Below are positions 24,522 through 38,100 of a stretch of DNA of 64,000 bases, piece after piece. The DNA comes from Guillardia theta CCMP2712 (taxonomy: Eukaryota; Protista; Cryptophyta). The translations under genes were made by a program, and so were the position numbers. The notes beneath the pieces were generated by a model. It did not search any database. It had not been told where the DNA came from and was given only the letters and a program-made list of their open reading frames with translations. The stretch's first letter is position 1. Each line of letters begins with the position of its first letter. Location of the stretch: positions 75,330 to 139,329 of the forward strand of contig NW_005434589.1 in NCBI RefSeq assembly GCF_000315625.1, written 5' to 3'.

Positions 24522-24924
24522 TGCCTGTAACATGGATGCCCCTAGTCAGCAGGTTGATTATCAAGATTGATCATAAACTATGTTCCTGCACACCTGGGTT
24601 TTTACGTGAAAAAATTATTTCTGCAACATGTGCTGAAATGCTTATGATCGTACTTTATGCATGCCCACTCTGAACCTGTCAGCTTATGAACAATGCGTGT
24701 TTTTGACGTGAAGAAACTTGGTAGATCTCTCGTAGATCTCTCGCAGATCTCTCGCTGCAAACACTCACAAGTTTATCACATTCTCTCTTCCCTGTTACAG
24801 GATCTTTCAAAATGGTACAACCCCAACGACAGTACTGCACATTCTTGTTTGGAATCTGAGTATGAAATAGATTTGACTGAGGCTGCTCGGTCAAGTGGGT
24901 GATATGTTTTCATGATTTACGAGT

Positions 24925-27900
24925 TTAGAAAAATGCCATGTGTTTGCGTTTCGAGTCTGAGCTTGGCGAAGGCTTCTCGCTCCTGCTTTTGAGCTCTTGT
25001 CGCAGTCGCTCGATCTCATTCTGAGAATCGATTTGGATAGACACAGCAGTCTTGATACGCTTCTTCAATGCGTCCATCATCCTTAATCTCCTCATGTGGC
25101 ACTTCTTGGCATCACTGTTGATTTGATTCAGTTCCTCTTGAATCTGTAAGATTTCAGGCAAAATTCTTATGAGAAGTCGTTGCAATTCAACTTTCATAGC
25201 GCACATGCATTCATTCGCTCGTTTTAGACAATCTTTTTGCAAAGCACTTCGCAAAGAAAGAGTATTTGACCGGAACAAGCAAAAAAAGCGAATAATATCT
25301 TTGATTGCTCGATCTCTAACAATTTTTGAATTGAAAACTTGCAGTTGTCTGGTTTTTTGGACCCAATCCCCCCAAGTATTCAATATTCTCGAAATGAAAC
25401 GATTAGCAAATAAATGGGATAACTTGTCTGATCTTTTCAGATGTCTCCTAATTTGACAATGTCTTTTCCAGATCGCAAGTATCTGAGTTAGATGACAATT
25501 CCTCAACCTTCGCACCAAAATCGACGAACAACATTGTTCCACGGACAGACCATACCAGTTCTTGCTGCTTCTGAACAACGTCCAAGCCCGAAACGTTCTC
25601 CTGAGACAGAAGTGCATCGAGTAGTGGGACGATTTGTGACTCAATCTTGCGTACTCCCTGAACCTCTTGCAGAAAACAAAGTACTGAAAGAGCAGCAAAG
25701 AAGTCTGACGAAACCTGAAAATATCCACAATAAGATAGGCACGCTTAAGATCCTTGAGTCGTTGAGCCCAACGAAAGAAGCATGACCGCAAAAGAAAACC
25801 GAAAAAGCGAACACGAAAACGACGAACTTTTGAAGCGTTGCCCCGCTGTCCGGCGACGCTCGCCTGCCACCGCCGCAGCCCCCTCGCCGCCTCGACCGTC
25901 CTCCATGTCCTCGCGACCTGTCCTAGGACCGCCAGGGCCTCCTTCCTCCGGCCCGCCTGCTCCCGCCACCTCTCCAGCGCCCTCCCGGCCTCCTGGCCTC
26001 TCCACCGCCTGCAGATCTTCTCTGCCCTAGACCTCAGCCGCTTGCTCTCTCCTGTCCACTCCCTCCATCGCCTCACCGCCCCCGCTGCCTTTCCGCTCCG
26101 CATCGTCCCGATCACTCGTGCCGCTACCTCGCGCAGCCGCCCCCTTGTCGCCTTCCTGGCTTGCCAGCGCTCTAGCCAGCCCGCCAGCTCCAGGCTCCGC
26201 CACCGCTGTACTACCTTCCCCGCCTTGGCCCGCAAGCCCCGCCCCTCCGCTACCCGCTCCTGCCACCGCCCTAGCGCCGCCCCGACCTCCAGGCTCCGCA
26301 TCCGCTGCACTACCCGCCGACATATCTCCGCCCCCCGCCGCCTCTCCGCTGCCCGCCCTGACCACTGCTCCCACGCCCGCCCTACCTCCCTGTACCTCAG
26401 CCGCGCCGCCGCTCGGCTCACCACCCTCCGCGCCTGCCGCCTCCTTGCCGCCTCCTCCTGCCACCGCCCTAGCGCCCGAGCTTGCGACCCCTGCATCCAG
26501 CGCTGCACTGCCCTCCGCCCCTTCGCCTCCCTCTCCCGCTGTCCGGCGACGCTCGCATGCCACCGCCGCAGCCCCCTCGCCAGCCTCGACCGTCCTCCAT
26601 GTCCTCGCGACCTGTCCTAGGACCGCCAGGGCCTCCTTCCTCCGGCCCGCCTGCTCCCGCCACCTCTCCAGCGCCCTCCCGGCCTCCTGGCCTCTCCACC
26701 GCCTGCAGATCTTCTCTGCCCTAGACCTCAGCCGCTTGCTCTCTCCTGTCCACTCCCTCCATCGCCTCACCGCCCCCGCTGCCTTTCCGCTCCGCATCGT
26801 CCCGATCACTCGTGCCGCTACCTCGCGCAGCCGCCCCCTTGTCGCCTTCCTGGCTTGCCAGCGCTCTAGCCAGCCCGCCAGCTCCAGGCTCCGCCACCGC
26901 TGTACTACCTTCCCCGCCTTGGCCCGCAAGCCCCGCCCCTCCGCTACCCGCTCCTGCCACCGCCCTAGCGCCGCCCCGACCTCCAGGCTCCGCATCCGCT
27001 GCACTACCCGCCGACATATCTCCGCCCCCCGCCGCCTCTCCGCTGCCCGCCCTGACCACTGCTCCCACGCCCGCCCTACCTCCCTGTACCTCAGCCGCGC
27101 CGCCGCTCGGCTCACCACCCTCCGCGCCTCCCGCCTCCTTGCCGCCTCCTCCTGCCACCGCCCTAGCGCCCGAGCTTGCGACCCCTGCATCCAGCGCTGC
27201 ACTGCCCTCCGCCCCTTCGCCTCCCTCTCCCGCTGTCCGGCGACGCTCGCCTGCCACCGCCGCAGCCCCCTCGCCGCCTCGACCGTCCTCCATGTCCTCG
27301 CGACCTGTCCTAGGACCGCCAGGGCCTCCTTCCTCCGGCCCGCCTGCTCCCGCCACCTCTCCAGCGCCCTCCCGGCCTCCTGGCCTCTCCACCGCCTGCA
27401 GATCTTCTCTGCCCTAGACCTCAGCCGCTTGCTCTCTCCTGTCCACTCCCTCCATCGCCTCACCGCCCCCGCTGCCTTTCCGCTCCGCATCGTCCCGATC
27501 ACTCGTGCCGCTACCTCGCGCAGCCGCCCCCTTGTCGCCTTCCTGGCTTGCCAGCGCTCTAGCCAGCCCGCCAGCTCCAGGCTCCGCCACCGCTGTACTA
27601 CCTTCCCCGCCTTGGCCCGCAAGCCCCGCCCCTCCGCTACCCGCTCCTGCCACCGCCCTAGCGCCGCCCCGACCTCCAGGCTCCGCATCCGCTGCACTAC
27701 CCGCCGACATATCTCCGCCCCCCGCCGCCTCTCCGCTGCCCGCCCTGACCACTGCTCCCACGCCCGCCCTACCTCCCTGTACCTCAGCCGCGCCGCCGCT
27801 CGGCTCACCACCCTCCGCGCCTCCCGCCTCCTTGCCGCCTCCTCCTGCCACCGCCCTAGCGCCCGAGCTTGCGACCCCTGCATCCAGCGCTGCACTGCCC

Positions 27901-30900
27901 TCCGCCCCTTCGCCTCCCTCTCCCGCTGTCCGGCGACGCTCGCCTGCCACCGCCGCAGCCCCCTCGCCGCCTCGACCGTCCTCCATGTCCTCGCGACCTG
28001 TCCTAGGACCGCCAGGGCCTCCTTCCTCCGGCCCGCCTGCTCCCGCCACCTCTCCAGCGCCCTCCCGGCCTCCTGGCCTCTCCACCGCCTGCAGATCTTC
28101 TCTGCCCTAGACCTCAGCCGCTTGCTCTCTCCTGTCCACTCCCTCCATCGTCTCACCGCCCCCGCTGCCTTTCCGCTCCGCATCGTCCCGATCACNNNNN
28201 NNNNNNNNNNNNNNNNNNNNNNNNNNNNNNNNNNNNNNNNNNNNNNNNNNNNNNNNNNNNNNNNNNNNNNNNNNNNNNNNNNNNNNNNNNNNNNNNNNNN
28301 NNNNNNNNNNNNNNNNNNNNNNNNNNNNNNNNNNNNNNNNNNNNNNNNNNNNNNNNNNNNNNNNNNNNNNNNNNNNNNNNNNNNNNNNNNNNNNNNNNNN
28401 NNNNNNNNNNNNNNNNNNCGCCTCTCCGCTGCCCGCCCTGACCACTGCTCCCACGCCCGCCCTACCTCCCTGTACCTCAGCCGCGCCGCCGCTCGGCTCA
28501 CCACCCTCCGCGCCTCCCGCCTCCTTGCCGCCTCCTCCTGCCACCGCCCTAGCGCCCGAGCTTGCGACCCCTGCATCCAGCGCTGCACTGCCCTCCGCCC
28601 CTTCGCCTCCCTCTCCCGCTGTCCGGCGACGCTCGCCTGCCACCGCCGCAGCCCCCTCGCCGCCTCGACCGTCCTCCATGTCCTCGCGACCTGTCCTAGG
28701 ACCGCCAGGGCCTCCTTCCTCCGGCCCGCCTGCTCCCGCCACCTCTCCAGCGCCCTCCCGGCCTCCTGGCCTCTCCACCGCCTGCAGATCTTCTCTGCCC
28801 TAGACCTCAGCCGCTTGCTCTCTCCTGTCCACTCCCTCCATCGTCGGACTTCTCTTTCGGCTTGCCGCATTCGCATGCTGACATGTATCTCCACGCTCCT
28901 CGCTACCGCGGTCTCTGCTATGGCCCGCAAGCCCCGCCCCTCCGCTACCCGTTTCTTCCAGTGCCACTGCATTTCTCTCATTCTGACGGTGTGCATATGT
29001 TTGGATGCTATTTTTAGTTTTCTGTTTCGTTCTGACTTAGCTTGAGCTTGACTTTTCCATTGTTCAAACCAATGATTTCGAGTATTTTTTTCATATGTTT
29101 TTTTCAGGTGTTGGATATGGTTCTTCGTTTGGATCTCCTCATTCAAACTTTGTTGCCAGTTGCTTAACCTTTTTTTCATCTGTTTCATCTCAAACATTGT
29201 TTTAGTCTGTCGTTTGATGACTTGTGTGTAAACCATCGTTTTCCACAAATTCAGTTTTCCTCTTGCGATCCTTTGTCGAGTTTTGTTGAGATAGTTCTTT
29301 GACAGCATCGAAATTTTTGTGATCTTGTGTAAAAAGGCCCAAACATAGTATTTTCTATTCCTGTTGGTCCAGTTTTGTACATATCTACTGAAAATTGACA
29401 GATTTTCATCTTCTATGTTGTACAAGCATGAAATGCAAAGTCGAACATTATTCTCCAGGTGTTTCAATGTTTGTTCCATTTGTATCTTCCAATTTTCAAG
29501 AGTATTCCTAAAAACCATCTTTTGGTGTGATAATTTCAAGCAATGGTCATTCCATGTGTCAATGCATCCATCGATAAGTTGGTATTCCGTTGCTTCTTGA
29601 GGTCCCGTGGAAGAAAGCAAGCTTCTTTCTTCTTCCTTTGATTCGAGCAGTTCTCTCAATTTTGCCAGCATTTCAAACAATCTGGCATCATCCATCAATT
29701 CTCTTCTATCCATTCTTTGAAGCACAACTGCGACTATTTCTGGTTCTACCGTGTACTTGCCCTGCTTGTTGCAAGCAGAGTTTCAGTTAGAAAATCTTAG
29801 AAAATGAATGAAATTGGTCACCTCTTCGATTCCTTTCATCAAAGTTAATTCTACCGATGTTCCTGGAACATCAGATCCAATTACTGCATCTTGAAATTGC
29901 TGATAGCTCTGCAAATCAAATGTTTTCCCGTCCACTTGTAAGATTGTATCCCCAACGCTCAAATGTTTGCAGTAGTATGCTGGACTACCGACAACCACAT
30001 GATTTACAGTGAAATCATTCAGCATCAATCCAATCTTCAAATCATGCATAATTATTTGTCAGCAGTTCGTGGTCATTGATGCTAAGGCTCACCGTCGTTT
30101 TCGGCGATAGCGTTTGAACGTGTAAATCTTCATTTGCATTCGATTTCTCCGCATTCAATATATTGTGACCGACTTGCAGCTGCGAAAGCATGCAAAGCAG
30201 AACATTTTTCAATTTCGATGGACTACAAGGAAATATGTTACTTCATGATATACGTTGACGAAGAAGAATCAGGAAGGCTAAAAAGATCGACCTGCTCTGA
30301 TGAGTTTCATTCTTGAGAGTCGAATCCAGTTGAGGAAATCTTTTCAGTTTATCAAGTAGCATCTTCATAGTATTCATCTCGTTGATGATAAAGCCTTCCT
30401 GCAACAAGGTGAGACTTGAATAAATCCTTTTCTCGTTTCGATTGCATTTGGAAAAAACAAGATACCAATTCCTGCTTGACATGGTGAAATTCCTTTCTCT
30501 TTAACGTAGTTCGTTTTTCTCTCTTGTCCTGATATTCAATGATTTACGAAATACAATCCTGTGAACTTTTCAGTACATTACCTGATGGTCAATAAGAGTC
30601 AAAGCGATGTCTGGGTTCTCGTTTTCATATGCATCCAAATTTTCGATTGAAAGGGAACCAGCTGGTTTGTCATCAATCATGGTCACAACATCACCAATCT
30701 GCAGTGTTCGGTCGCAATGTGCAGGGCTTCCGTAGATAACGCTGTGAACATTGCACCCATCCATAATGAGCCCAGCCTTTTTCAAACGAATTAGAAGATT
30801 CATTCGTTTTTGATCAGAACCACCGTCTTGCTTGCAAGCTTCTTTTCATCGTATGCATTCTCGAAGGTTTCAAAATAATTGTCTATCAAAGAGTAAGCTT

Positions 30901-32470
30901 TTCTGTGAGTTTCTTCTAAGTCTTCTGAAATCTCCATCCACTGATTCTGCAATACAAAGAAACTTGAATCAAATTTAGGATATGAAATATTCTGATTTTC
31001 ATGAGTAGTCTGATATCCATGTTTTGTCATTTGTAAGTCAAAATTTTGTTCTTTGAGCAAGGCAATCTGCGATGACTCAGTTTGAAATGCAACGATGGTT
31101 CAATTCAAAGAGGAGAACCTGCTCTTGTAATTTTACTTCCTGCAGCTCTAGCTCGGCGAGCTTGTTGCGAGCAACCTCTAGCTCACTTTCAAGACTGGTT
31201 ATCTGAGCCTCGTATTTCATCTGAGACGTTGAAAAATAACGAAAAAGATCAGGGACCCATCGAAGCTACACATCAAGGCTCACAATTTGGACTTTATTTG
31301 TATTTGTCTGATCAGGTTTTGTGAATTCTCTGTTCTTGTCTCAAGTGTCATTGCTATTGTTTCATAAGAGTTTGAGAAATACCGTGTCTTGTACATGCAG
31401 CTTCAATGTATTCAAAATTTCGTTCACCCTCTTGCTGGAGATTTCGCCTTTATGCTGGGCAGGTTCTTGTTTTAGAGGCAAAATTCACAACAAAAACAAT
31501 TTTGTACCTGAAGTTTTAAGACATTCTCAGAAATTTTCCTGTCATGTTCAGTAGATGCTTTCAGAATCTTTGTCCAGAGGGAGATTGCTTCGTCGATGAG
31601 AAAGGCAAGATGTTCATCTTTAGCCCGATTCTTCAGGTTTGTAAAAATCTCAAACATCGCTCTCCTGTCAGCAATGATCTCTGATGCGACTCTCTTCAAC
31701 TTGACTTCAGAAACGTCCTGGCACAGGCCATCTCAGGAGGAATTTATCAGCACTAGAGGATGATTTACGTTGTTTTGGTGCCTTATCTGTAATGAAACAA
31801 ATGTTCCAGGTACGTCAGAACCAATGATTGCACTTGGAGCAGTCTCTTGTGTAACAGGCTTGTGGTCAACCATGAGGATTCTGTCTCCTCGTGAAAGCTC
31901 CTTGGAATCGTATGCGGGTCCACCATATACCTATTACAGGAGGCAACGTAAGTTGTGTATAACTTTTCAATCATGTTTACTCACGATGTTCTCGATAGTG
32001 CATCCCTTCAGCATCAAACCAACCTGATGAAAAGAAAAGATCAGTACCTCTGGAAGTAATGTTGATCAGATCGTGGATACCGTAGTCTTTGTGCTGAATC
32101 TTGCTGTATCGAGATGAAATGGCACAGAGAGTATGTTGGTGCCAAACAGAGTTTGCAAGTCTTCAGTTATTAAGAGAGCTTCATTAACCAATTTCACACT
32201 GGTTTCAGTTGTATGGTTCTGAATTTCCATTTTTGAGAGAAGGCAATCAAGGGACAAAACCTTCTAATCAAATATAGTATGGAATTACCCAGCGGTCAAG
32301 CAATACTGGAGTCAAGTCTGCACGTTTCGCCTTGCCAGTTCGAAGGATATTATAAGCAGTGGCTGAGGGGCAGAAGAAGAGAGCACAAGCAGACAAGCTC
32401 CTTGCAAGGGATCGCAACCTACACTGAGCTCTCTGTCTTCCTCTCGCTTGTGACCATTACAGGATCCTAA
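24925..32470 (-). CDS. Giant protein with three PDZ-like domains, coiled coils and a long Sfi1-like Trp-repeat region; 5' end uncertain, apparent 1-bp frameshift at 26582
   Basis: PDZ-like exons (VGLMLKG...GGPAYDS...GDRILMVD; AGLIMDG...GSPAH...IGDVVTMID; IGLMLND...GSPAY...VGDTILQVDG...GSDVPGTSVEL) followed by 33-aa repeats ending (A/G)(L/V)xRW. Confidence 0.72.
25842..28843. repeat. Coding tandem repeat, 693-bp unit, about 4.3 near-identical copies
   Basis: Equivalent positions at 26027, 26721, 27414, 28107 and 28800 give spacings of 694, 693, 693 and 693; one copy spans the N gap. Confidence 0.95.
28196..28418. other. Assembly gap (223 N) inside the tandem repeat
   Basis: Run of N. Confidence 0.99.
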
Positions 32471-32776
32471 AGTGACTCAATACAACTACCCTACCCCTTG
32501 TCAATTGCCTCGTCAAGGCCAGACCCGGGGGTGCAGGGTGATATTAGCAGCCTATTCTTGTTCCGTCGGTAGGACGGCAGGAGTGGCCTGTCCTTCTGAT
32601 CTCTGTTGTGATTCCAATAGTTGGGTCACTAGCCGGCTGGGCCCGGGGCGGAGTAGCGGTTTTCGCTGCCTCCTTCGTTTCCTAGTGTTTGATTGAGGCG
32701 GGTTTGTAGGCTTTATCCTCGTCCTCCTTTGTTTGCTCCGGTTTGCCTTTCTTTTTCAGTCACGCAATAAACCGTC

Positions 32777-32872
32777 GGAATAGCAATTGTGACCTGACAA
32801 AGACAAGTTATATGATATGATGGAATAGCAATTGTGACCTGACCTGACAAAGACAAGTTATATGATATGATG
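32777..32872. repeat. About 45-50 bp direct duplication (GGAATAGCAATTGTGACCTGAC...AAAGACAAGTTATATGATATGAT) x2
   Basis: Two adjacent copies; the second has an extra CTGAC. Confidence 0.85.
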
Positions 32873-33428
32873 ATAAAGACAAATCATACGATGGTAAGAC
32901 AAGTCAAGTTGTGATCGTTGAAGACTGACTCAAAAGCTGCAGATTTGGAAGCTGAATCATTTTACGTGAATTTATTAAACTACTGGCACCCAACTTGGTT
33001 GCTGAATGACTATTATAATATCATTTACTATTGAATGCCAACGTCACACGAATGCGACATAATCTTGTGGCTCTTCTTCGACGGTACGGTATAAATAGGA
33101 AAACTTTGGGTGCACGGCCGCTCCCAACGATTACTCCTTCCTACGAAGTAAACACGGCCGGCGCCTTGTTTATTGGCAGCCAGCCGCCGTACTGCCGCCC
33201 TCCCACGGTCTCTGCCAGGGTCTCTGCAGTCAGCTGAGTCTGCAGTACTCGGTCAGAGTACCAGTCAGAGCATCTGTCAGCTGCCGGCGGCCGGGCCGGG
33301 CCGGTCCGGTCACGGCGGGGCGTCAGCCGCCGGGGCGTTCTGCGGGGCCGCGGTTCCGAGTTCAGGTGCGGGGCGTTGTTTAACTGGGTGGGTATGAGCG
33401 GGGACGAGGATTGCGTCCATTGCTGGTC

Positions 33429-35122
33429 ATGGCTGGCACAAAGCTGCTAGCGGGGTTGCTAGCACTGTACTGGACACAAGTTGAGATGGAACTGATGCCT
33501 CTCGGTAGGACGAGAGATAATCTTGCCCTCGATGTTGGCTTGAGCCGTCTCTGTCGTCTGAGAGAGAACCTCAGAGGTGGATATAATGATGACATCATGC
33601 TCGGGAACGAGCGGAAAAGGGCTAGGAATGATCAGACATGCATGAGTGAGAAAGGAGGAAGGACGATGCGTGACAGACAAGATAGTCACAATGATGAGGA
33701 GAAGAGGCTTCATGACACCCATATCTATGACTTTGAGGAGACGGATGAGTTGGAGGATAACGATAAGCAAATGCTGAAAGACATGTATGCAAAGGCCGCA
33801 AAGGATTACCCCGATTATGAATTCCAGCGAATACTTGAACAAGACAAAGAAGAAGAACTGAGGAGCACGCGACTGGATCGTGGAGCGCTCGTCCTTGTGG
33901 GGAATGGAGTAGAAGAACTGGACGTGGTCAGTTTTGTCACGGCTCTAAAGGAAGCCAACATTGAAGTTGTGACCGCTTCAATCGAAGGTAATCGAACGAT
34001 CCGGGGCAAACAGAGCTTGACCTTCCGAGCTGACACCATCCTGTCTGATGTCGACAAACCTCTGGACTTCCTGGGGGTTGTGATCCCCGGTGGAAACAAG
34101 AACTATACTTTGACCATGTCGAGAGACGAGCGGGTTAGAGTGCTTGTCCGCTGCCAGTATGATCGTAAAGGCATCTGCTGCTCTCTTGGAAGTGGAGTAA
34201 TTACGCTTAAAAATTCCGGCATCCTCTACGGACGGCAGTACACGGCTCCTCCGGATCTGAGAGAGCAACTCCCCGATCTGGAAGAAGATGTAGCGGTCAA
34301 AGCAGATGAGAATGTTGTGACGTCACAGGGAGGAGGAACAGCGTTGGATGCAGCCATGACGCTGGTCGAGCTATATCAGGGGCAGACAGCAGCTGTTCGT
34401 GTGGCCAGAGCTTGTCGACATCCGAGGTTGGACACCAAGTATTGTAGCATGCCTATTCACATCGACGAAGCATACAATATTCCGCAATCTGTTATGGAGC
34501 CAAACGATGACCTGGAGATTCTCCGTCCCTGCATTGGTTCATTTCCACCTCGGAAACGGTTCAACGAATCTCAGTTTGAAGAAGCATGGGGAGAGCATGA
34601 CAACGAGCTGCGAGAGCATGACAACGAGCTGCGAGAGCACGAGGCGATGATATCTCAATTATACTTCGTCAACGGCTGTCAGAGATGCACAGAAGAGTAT
34701 CAAGCTAAGCTAGAGAAAGACGGGTCGCTCATCAACTCACAGTGGGATGCATGTTCTCATGTCATCGAAGCGGAGAACAGCATGCAAGGAGATCTACAGA
34801 TCGGCGAGAAGGCTAGCGAGGTGAGCTATGATCTCCTCCTGGTTGACTTGATGGAACCGAACAGGTTGAGAAAGTTTCTGCCCTCCTGTCGTTGCTGTCA
34901 GGAGCAGAAGCACCTGCAGGCAGGGGGACGAGCTTTAACTTTGATCGATCGTGGGATACAGCAGAGAAGGTCAGTCTCATGCTTTTGCGTAGCTCCGAAT
35001 GATTTCTTCACGTTGGACAGCCCGAGCAGGAGGAGGTCACTCGCTTGTGGGAGGCAGGAGAAATCTCCGATGAGACTTTCCTCACGGCAAAGACTATCGA
35101 CTTGTATCTCGCATCCGGCTGA
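33429..35122 (+). CDS. DJ-1/PfpI (ThiJ)-like domain protein with signal-like N-terminus and acidic extensions; probably lacks the catalytic Cys
   Basis: ALVLVGNGVEELD, IEVVTASIEG, FRADTIL, VVIPGG, ENVVTSQGGGTALDAAMTLVE; two short 3' introns give a stop at 35120-35122. Confidence 0.8.
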
Positions 35123-35173
35123 TAGGATTTCCTGACGAGCAAGGAGCGGCTATTCAACTCCAGCAGATGCCCT

Positions 35174-38100
35174 TCATCCATTTCTCAGCCAATCATTCAA
35201 TGACAGTTTCAACGGAAATCACCTGATTTCCTCCAGGGCCTGCAGCACTCCAAGCTTGTGATTGAAGACAAACGAACCCGCAACAAGCGAAGAGGCACCT
35301 GCTCAAGCTCAGACACCTTCTGCCTGTGGATCTGACTCACCTGCTTCAAGGCAGAGCCTTGCGGTCTGAGTGTTGATGCCTCCGTCGACCATTATCTCCT
35401 GTTGTCAAATCTCAGCTCCTTGTTGCCGGCAACAGCAAGGCAGAGCTCTCCCTCTCTCACCAGGTCGGGGATGCGGTGCTCATCGATGAAGGACCTCAGC
35501 TGTTGAATCTTCTCCTTAACAGAAACTTGAAACTTCTGTCCTCCGAACCCTGGACTCTTGTCAGTCTCAACGGGTGAGTAGCAGCATGGAAAGACCTGGC
35601 TCGACCGCTAGAAGGTTGACAACATCGACTGGGCAGCACAGTCAGAGGAGGAAGACAACAAGCTGAACTACCGCAGCCCATGCTCACGAGCTCCAAGACC
35701 TGCGAGCAGGGGGTGGAGGGAGCGATGCAGACGCCACATCTCATTCCGGCTCGCTTGACCTCTGTGAGAAGCGGATGAGCGAGCGCGGCATCTTCTCTGC
35801 TCGGCTACCTTGGCATTGCTCGACAGCCTCCTTCAGGCGATCATGGTCAACTCCACTCAAGCTCTCCAGCTGAAGAATCACTCGGTCGGCCCCAGCCTGG
35901 CAGCGAGAGCGTGCGGTCAATGATGATGTCAAGAGAAAGCGAAGATTGAGGTTGCTACCTTAGCGAGAGCTTGAATGTAACGACTCGGACGATCAACTAC
36001 GAGATGAACGTCGAGCTTGAGACTTGTTCTCCTGCCGTACGATCACGATCACGCAAGCAACACAGCAGAAGAGAACCTGCGGATGGCCTGAACCATCTGT
36101 GGGCCGAAGGTGAGAGCACCAGGATCGTTAAGCTGCACGCCGTCGAACATGTCTGACCACACGTGACTGATGAGATGACGAGAAGATCAAGAGAAACCGA
36201 GATGGATCCACTCTTCGCCTGCTTCCTCGCACTGCTTGATTGCGTTGGCGATGTCAGCCCTAATCTCAATCAGATTCCTCCTCGAACCCCGCCCTATCTG
36301 CTCACCAATCGCAAGCCAGCAGTGAGGGGCAGATCTTAAAGTTTTGACGCTGTTGAGGACGTTTGACAACTTCGGGAGTCCTTGTCGCCTTCATCGTTCT
36401 GATCGCTGGCGCTAGTGGCAGGTAACTTCTCTTGTAGATCTTGTCGTACTCCGCATGCATCGCCATGTTTGGTTGGACAACTTTCTTGTTCCTCACCATC
36501 TCCTCCACAGCCCTTTCTACACTCCCTCCGTGGTATCCTGCCCCCCAATCTCAGGTTGCAAATCTTCTCTTCCCTGCTCTCTTCACCGGTAGCAACGGCA
36601 GCGAGGATTGCGCAGCCCAGCAGAGGTCCATCGGGACACTCTCCAACCACCTGCAAGCTTGTCAAGCACGTTTGAAAGGCAGGAGGAGGAGGGGGGAGAC
36701 CACAGGTAGACCAGTCACATCCGCATGCATCTGCAGCCACAGTTGGCTTCTCGTCACTCCTCCCGCCATCTTGATCTCCCTGTCTCAGTCTGAGCAACTT
36801 CAGAGCAACGGCTCCTGGCTACCGGAACTCTACCCCAGCTGAGGACAAGCCGTCGATGCAAGCTCGAGTGCCATAGCAGACGGACTCAAGGAAAGCTCGC
36901 CACACGTGCTGCTTCCTATGAACTATTTCACTCTTGTTCTAGGCATTCTCACCACCTCTCTCTTGCCTCCTCTGCCCTCCCCTCCCCTTGCAATCTCTTC
37001 TCCTGGATCAATCTACTTCACTTTCCTGTGACTGAGCGTCAGGCCCACGAGAGCTCCGCGGGCTGTCGGGTCAGTCGTTGGAGTTCGACTTCCTGCATGC
37101 TCATTATGGGCGAATCCTGGAGTCCAGCGACGAACCTTGAAAGGTCTCCAGCGCAACCTGTCAGACTGTCAGACATCAGTCTGTTGAACTTGTCAAAGAC
37201 GAGACCAGGCCATCGCAACCGACGCTGACGTTTGCAGCCATCAGGTCGTAGTCCTTGTACTCCATGCCTACCAGCGAGTCATTCTCAGCTGCCCTCCAGC
37301 TCATCGCCTTGTATACCTTCCTCATCCTTGCCGGAGATCAGGGACTTTGACCACCTCATCACGCTCCCCGTGCTCGACTGCCCTCCCTCCACAAAGCACA
37401 GGCCAGGAAGGGGAGCTCCGACATACGCACCCCTGCTTAGGCCCTCAGACGCGCCATCCTCTTCCCAGTCTTACTCACCACATGTTCTTCGCTGTCCTCG
37501 CCTCCGACGTCACCGCCACGTGCAGGTGGCTGGATCCAGTGATGAGCCCCAGGAGACCAGGAGCGACACACCCCAATCCCACCATCCCCACAAAAGCGTC
37601 TGGGCCGCCCTGCACGATATCTGAAGGCTCGTCAGCACAGGCTATAGCATGCTTCGAGGCCAACCGACGTGCTCGGCCAGTTGCAAGTGGTCTGCAGCTG
37701 CTTTAGTGATCTTTCCTATCACTTGCCCCATTGCAAGACATCTTGTCGGCCATTTCTCTGGATGTCTTGGTCACACGATCAGCATTCATTTCCACGCAGA
37801 GAATACCTTGCAAGTCTTCAAGGTCTATGGCTCGCAGCAGCTCTAGAGGTCTCCCCCCTGTTCCATCAGCCTTCTCGACTGCTTCTCGTCCGTTCCAATG
37901 CCACCTTGCCGCAGCATTGCAACTTGAGACACAGAGTGTCCCGGTGAGCTTGAGGTTGATGAAGTCTTGATACTCGCATATAGTAGAACTCTTCTTCCAG
38001 ACCTCCGGCTCCTTCGCTTTGATCCAGAGGGCCTTGGGAAGCATCCACTCAGCACTGATAGGACCATTGCCATCACAGTTGACAGCTATCAGGCTCTTGG

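Noticed and set aside
25842-28843. Tandem array as CRISPR, satellite or LTR element
   Set aside because: No spacers and no terminal repeats; the unit is a multiple of 3 and continuous with flanking coding sequence.
25838-29045. Long plus-strand Pro/Ala/Arg-rich ORFs and alternative-frame Gly-rich minus ORFs
   Set aside because: Shadows of the GC-rich 693-bp coding repeat, which is depleted of stop codons in several frames.
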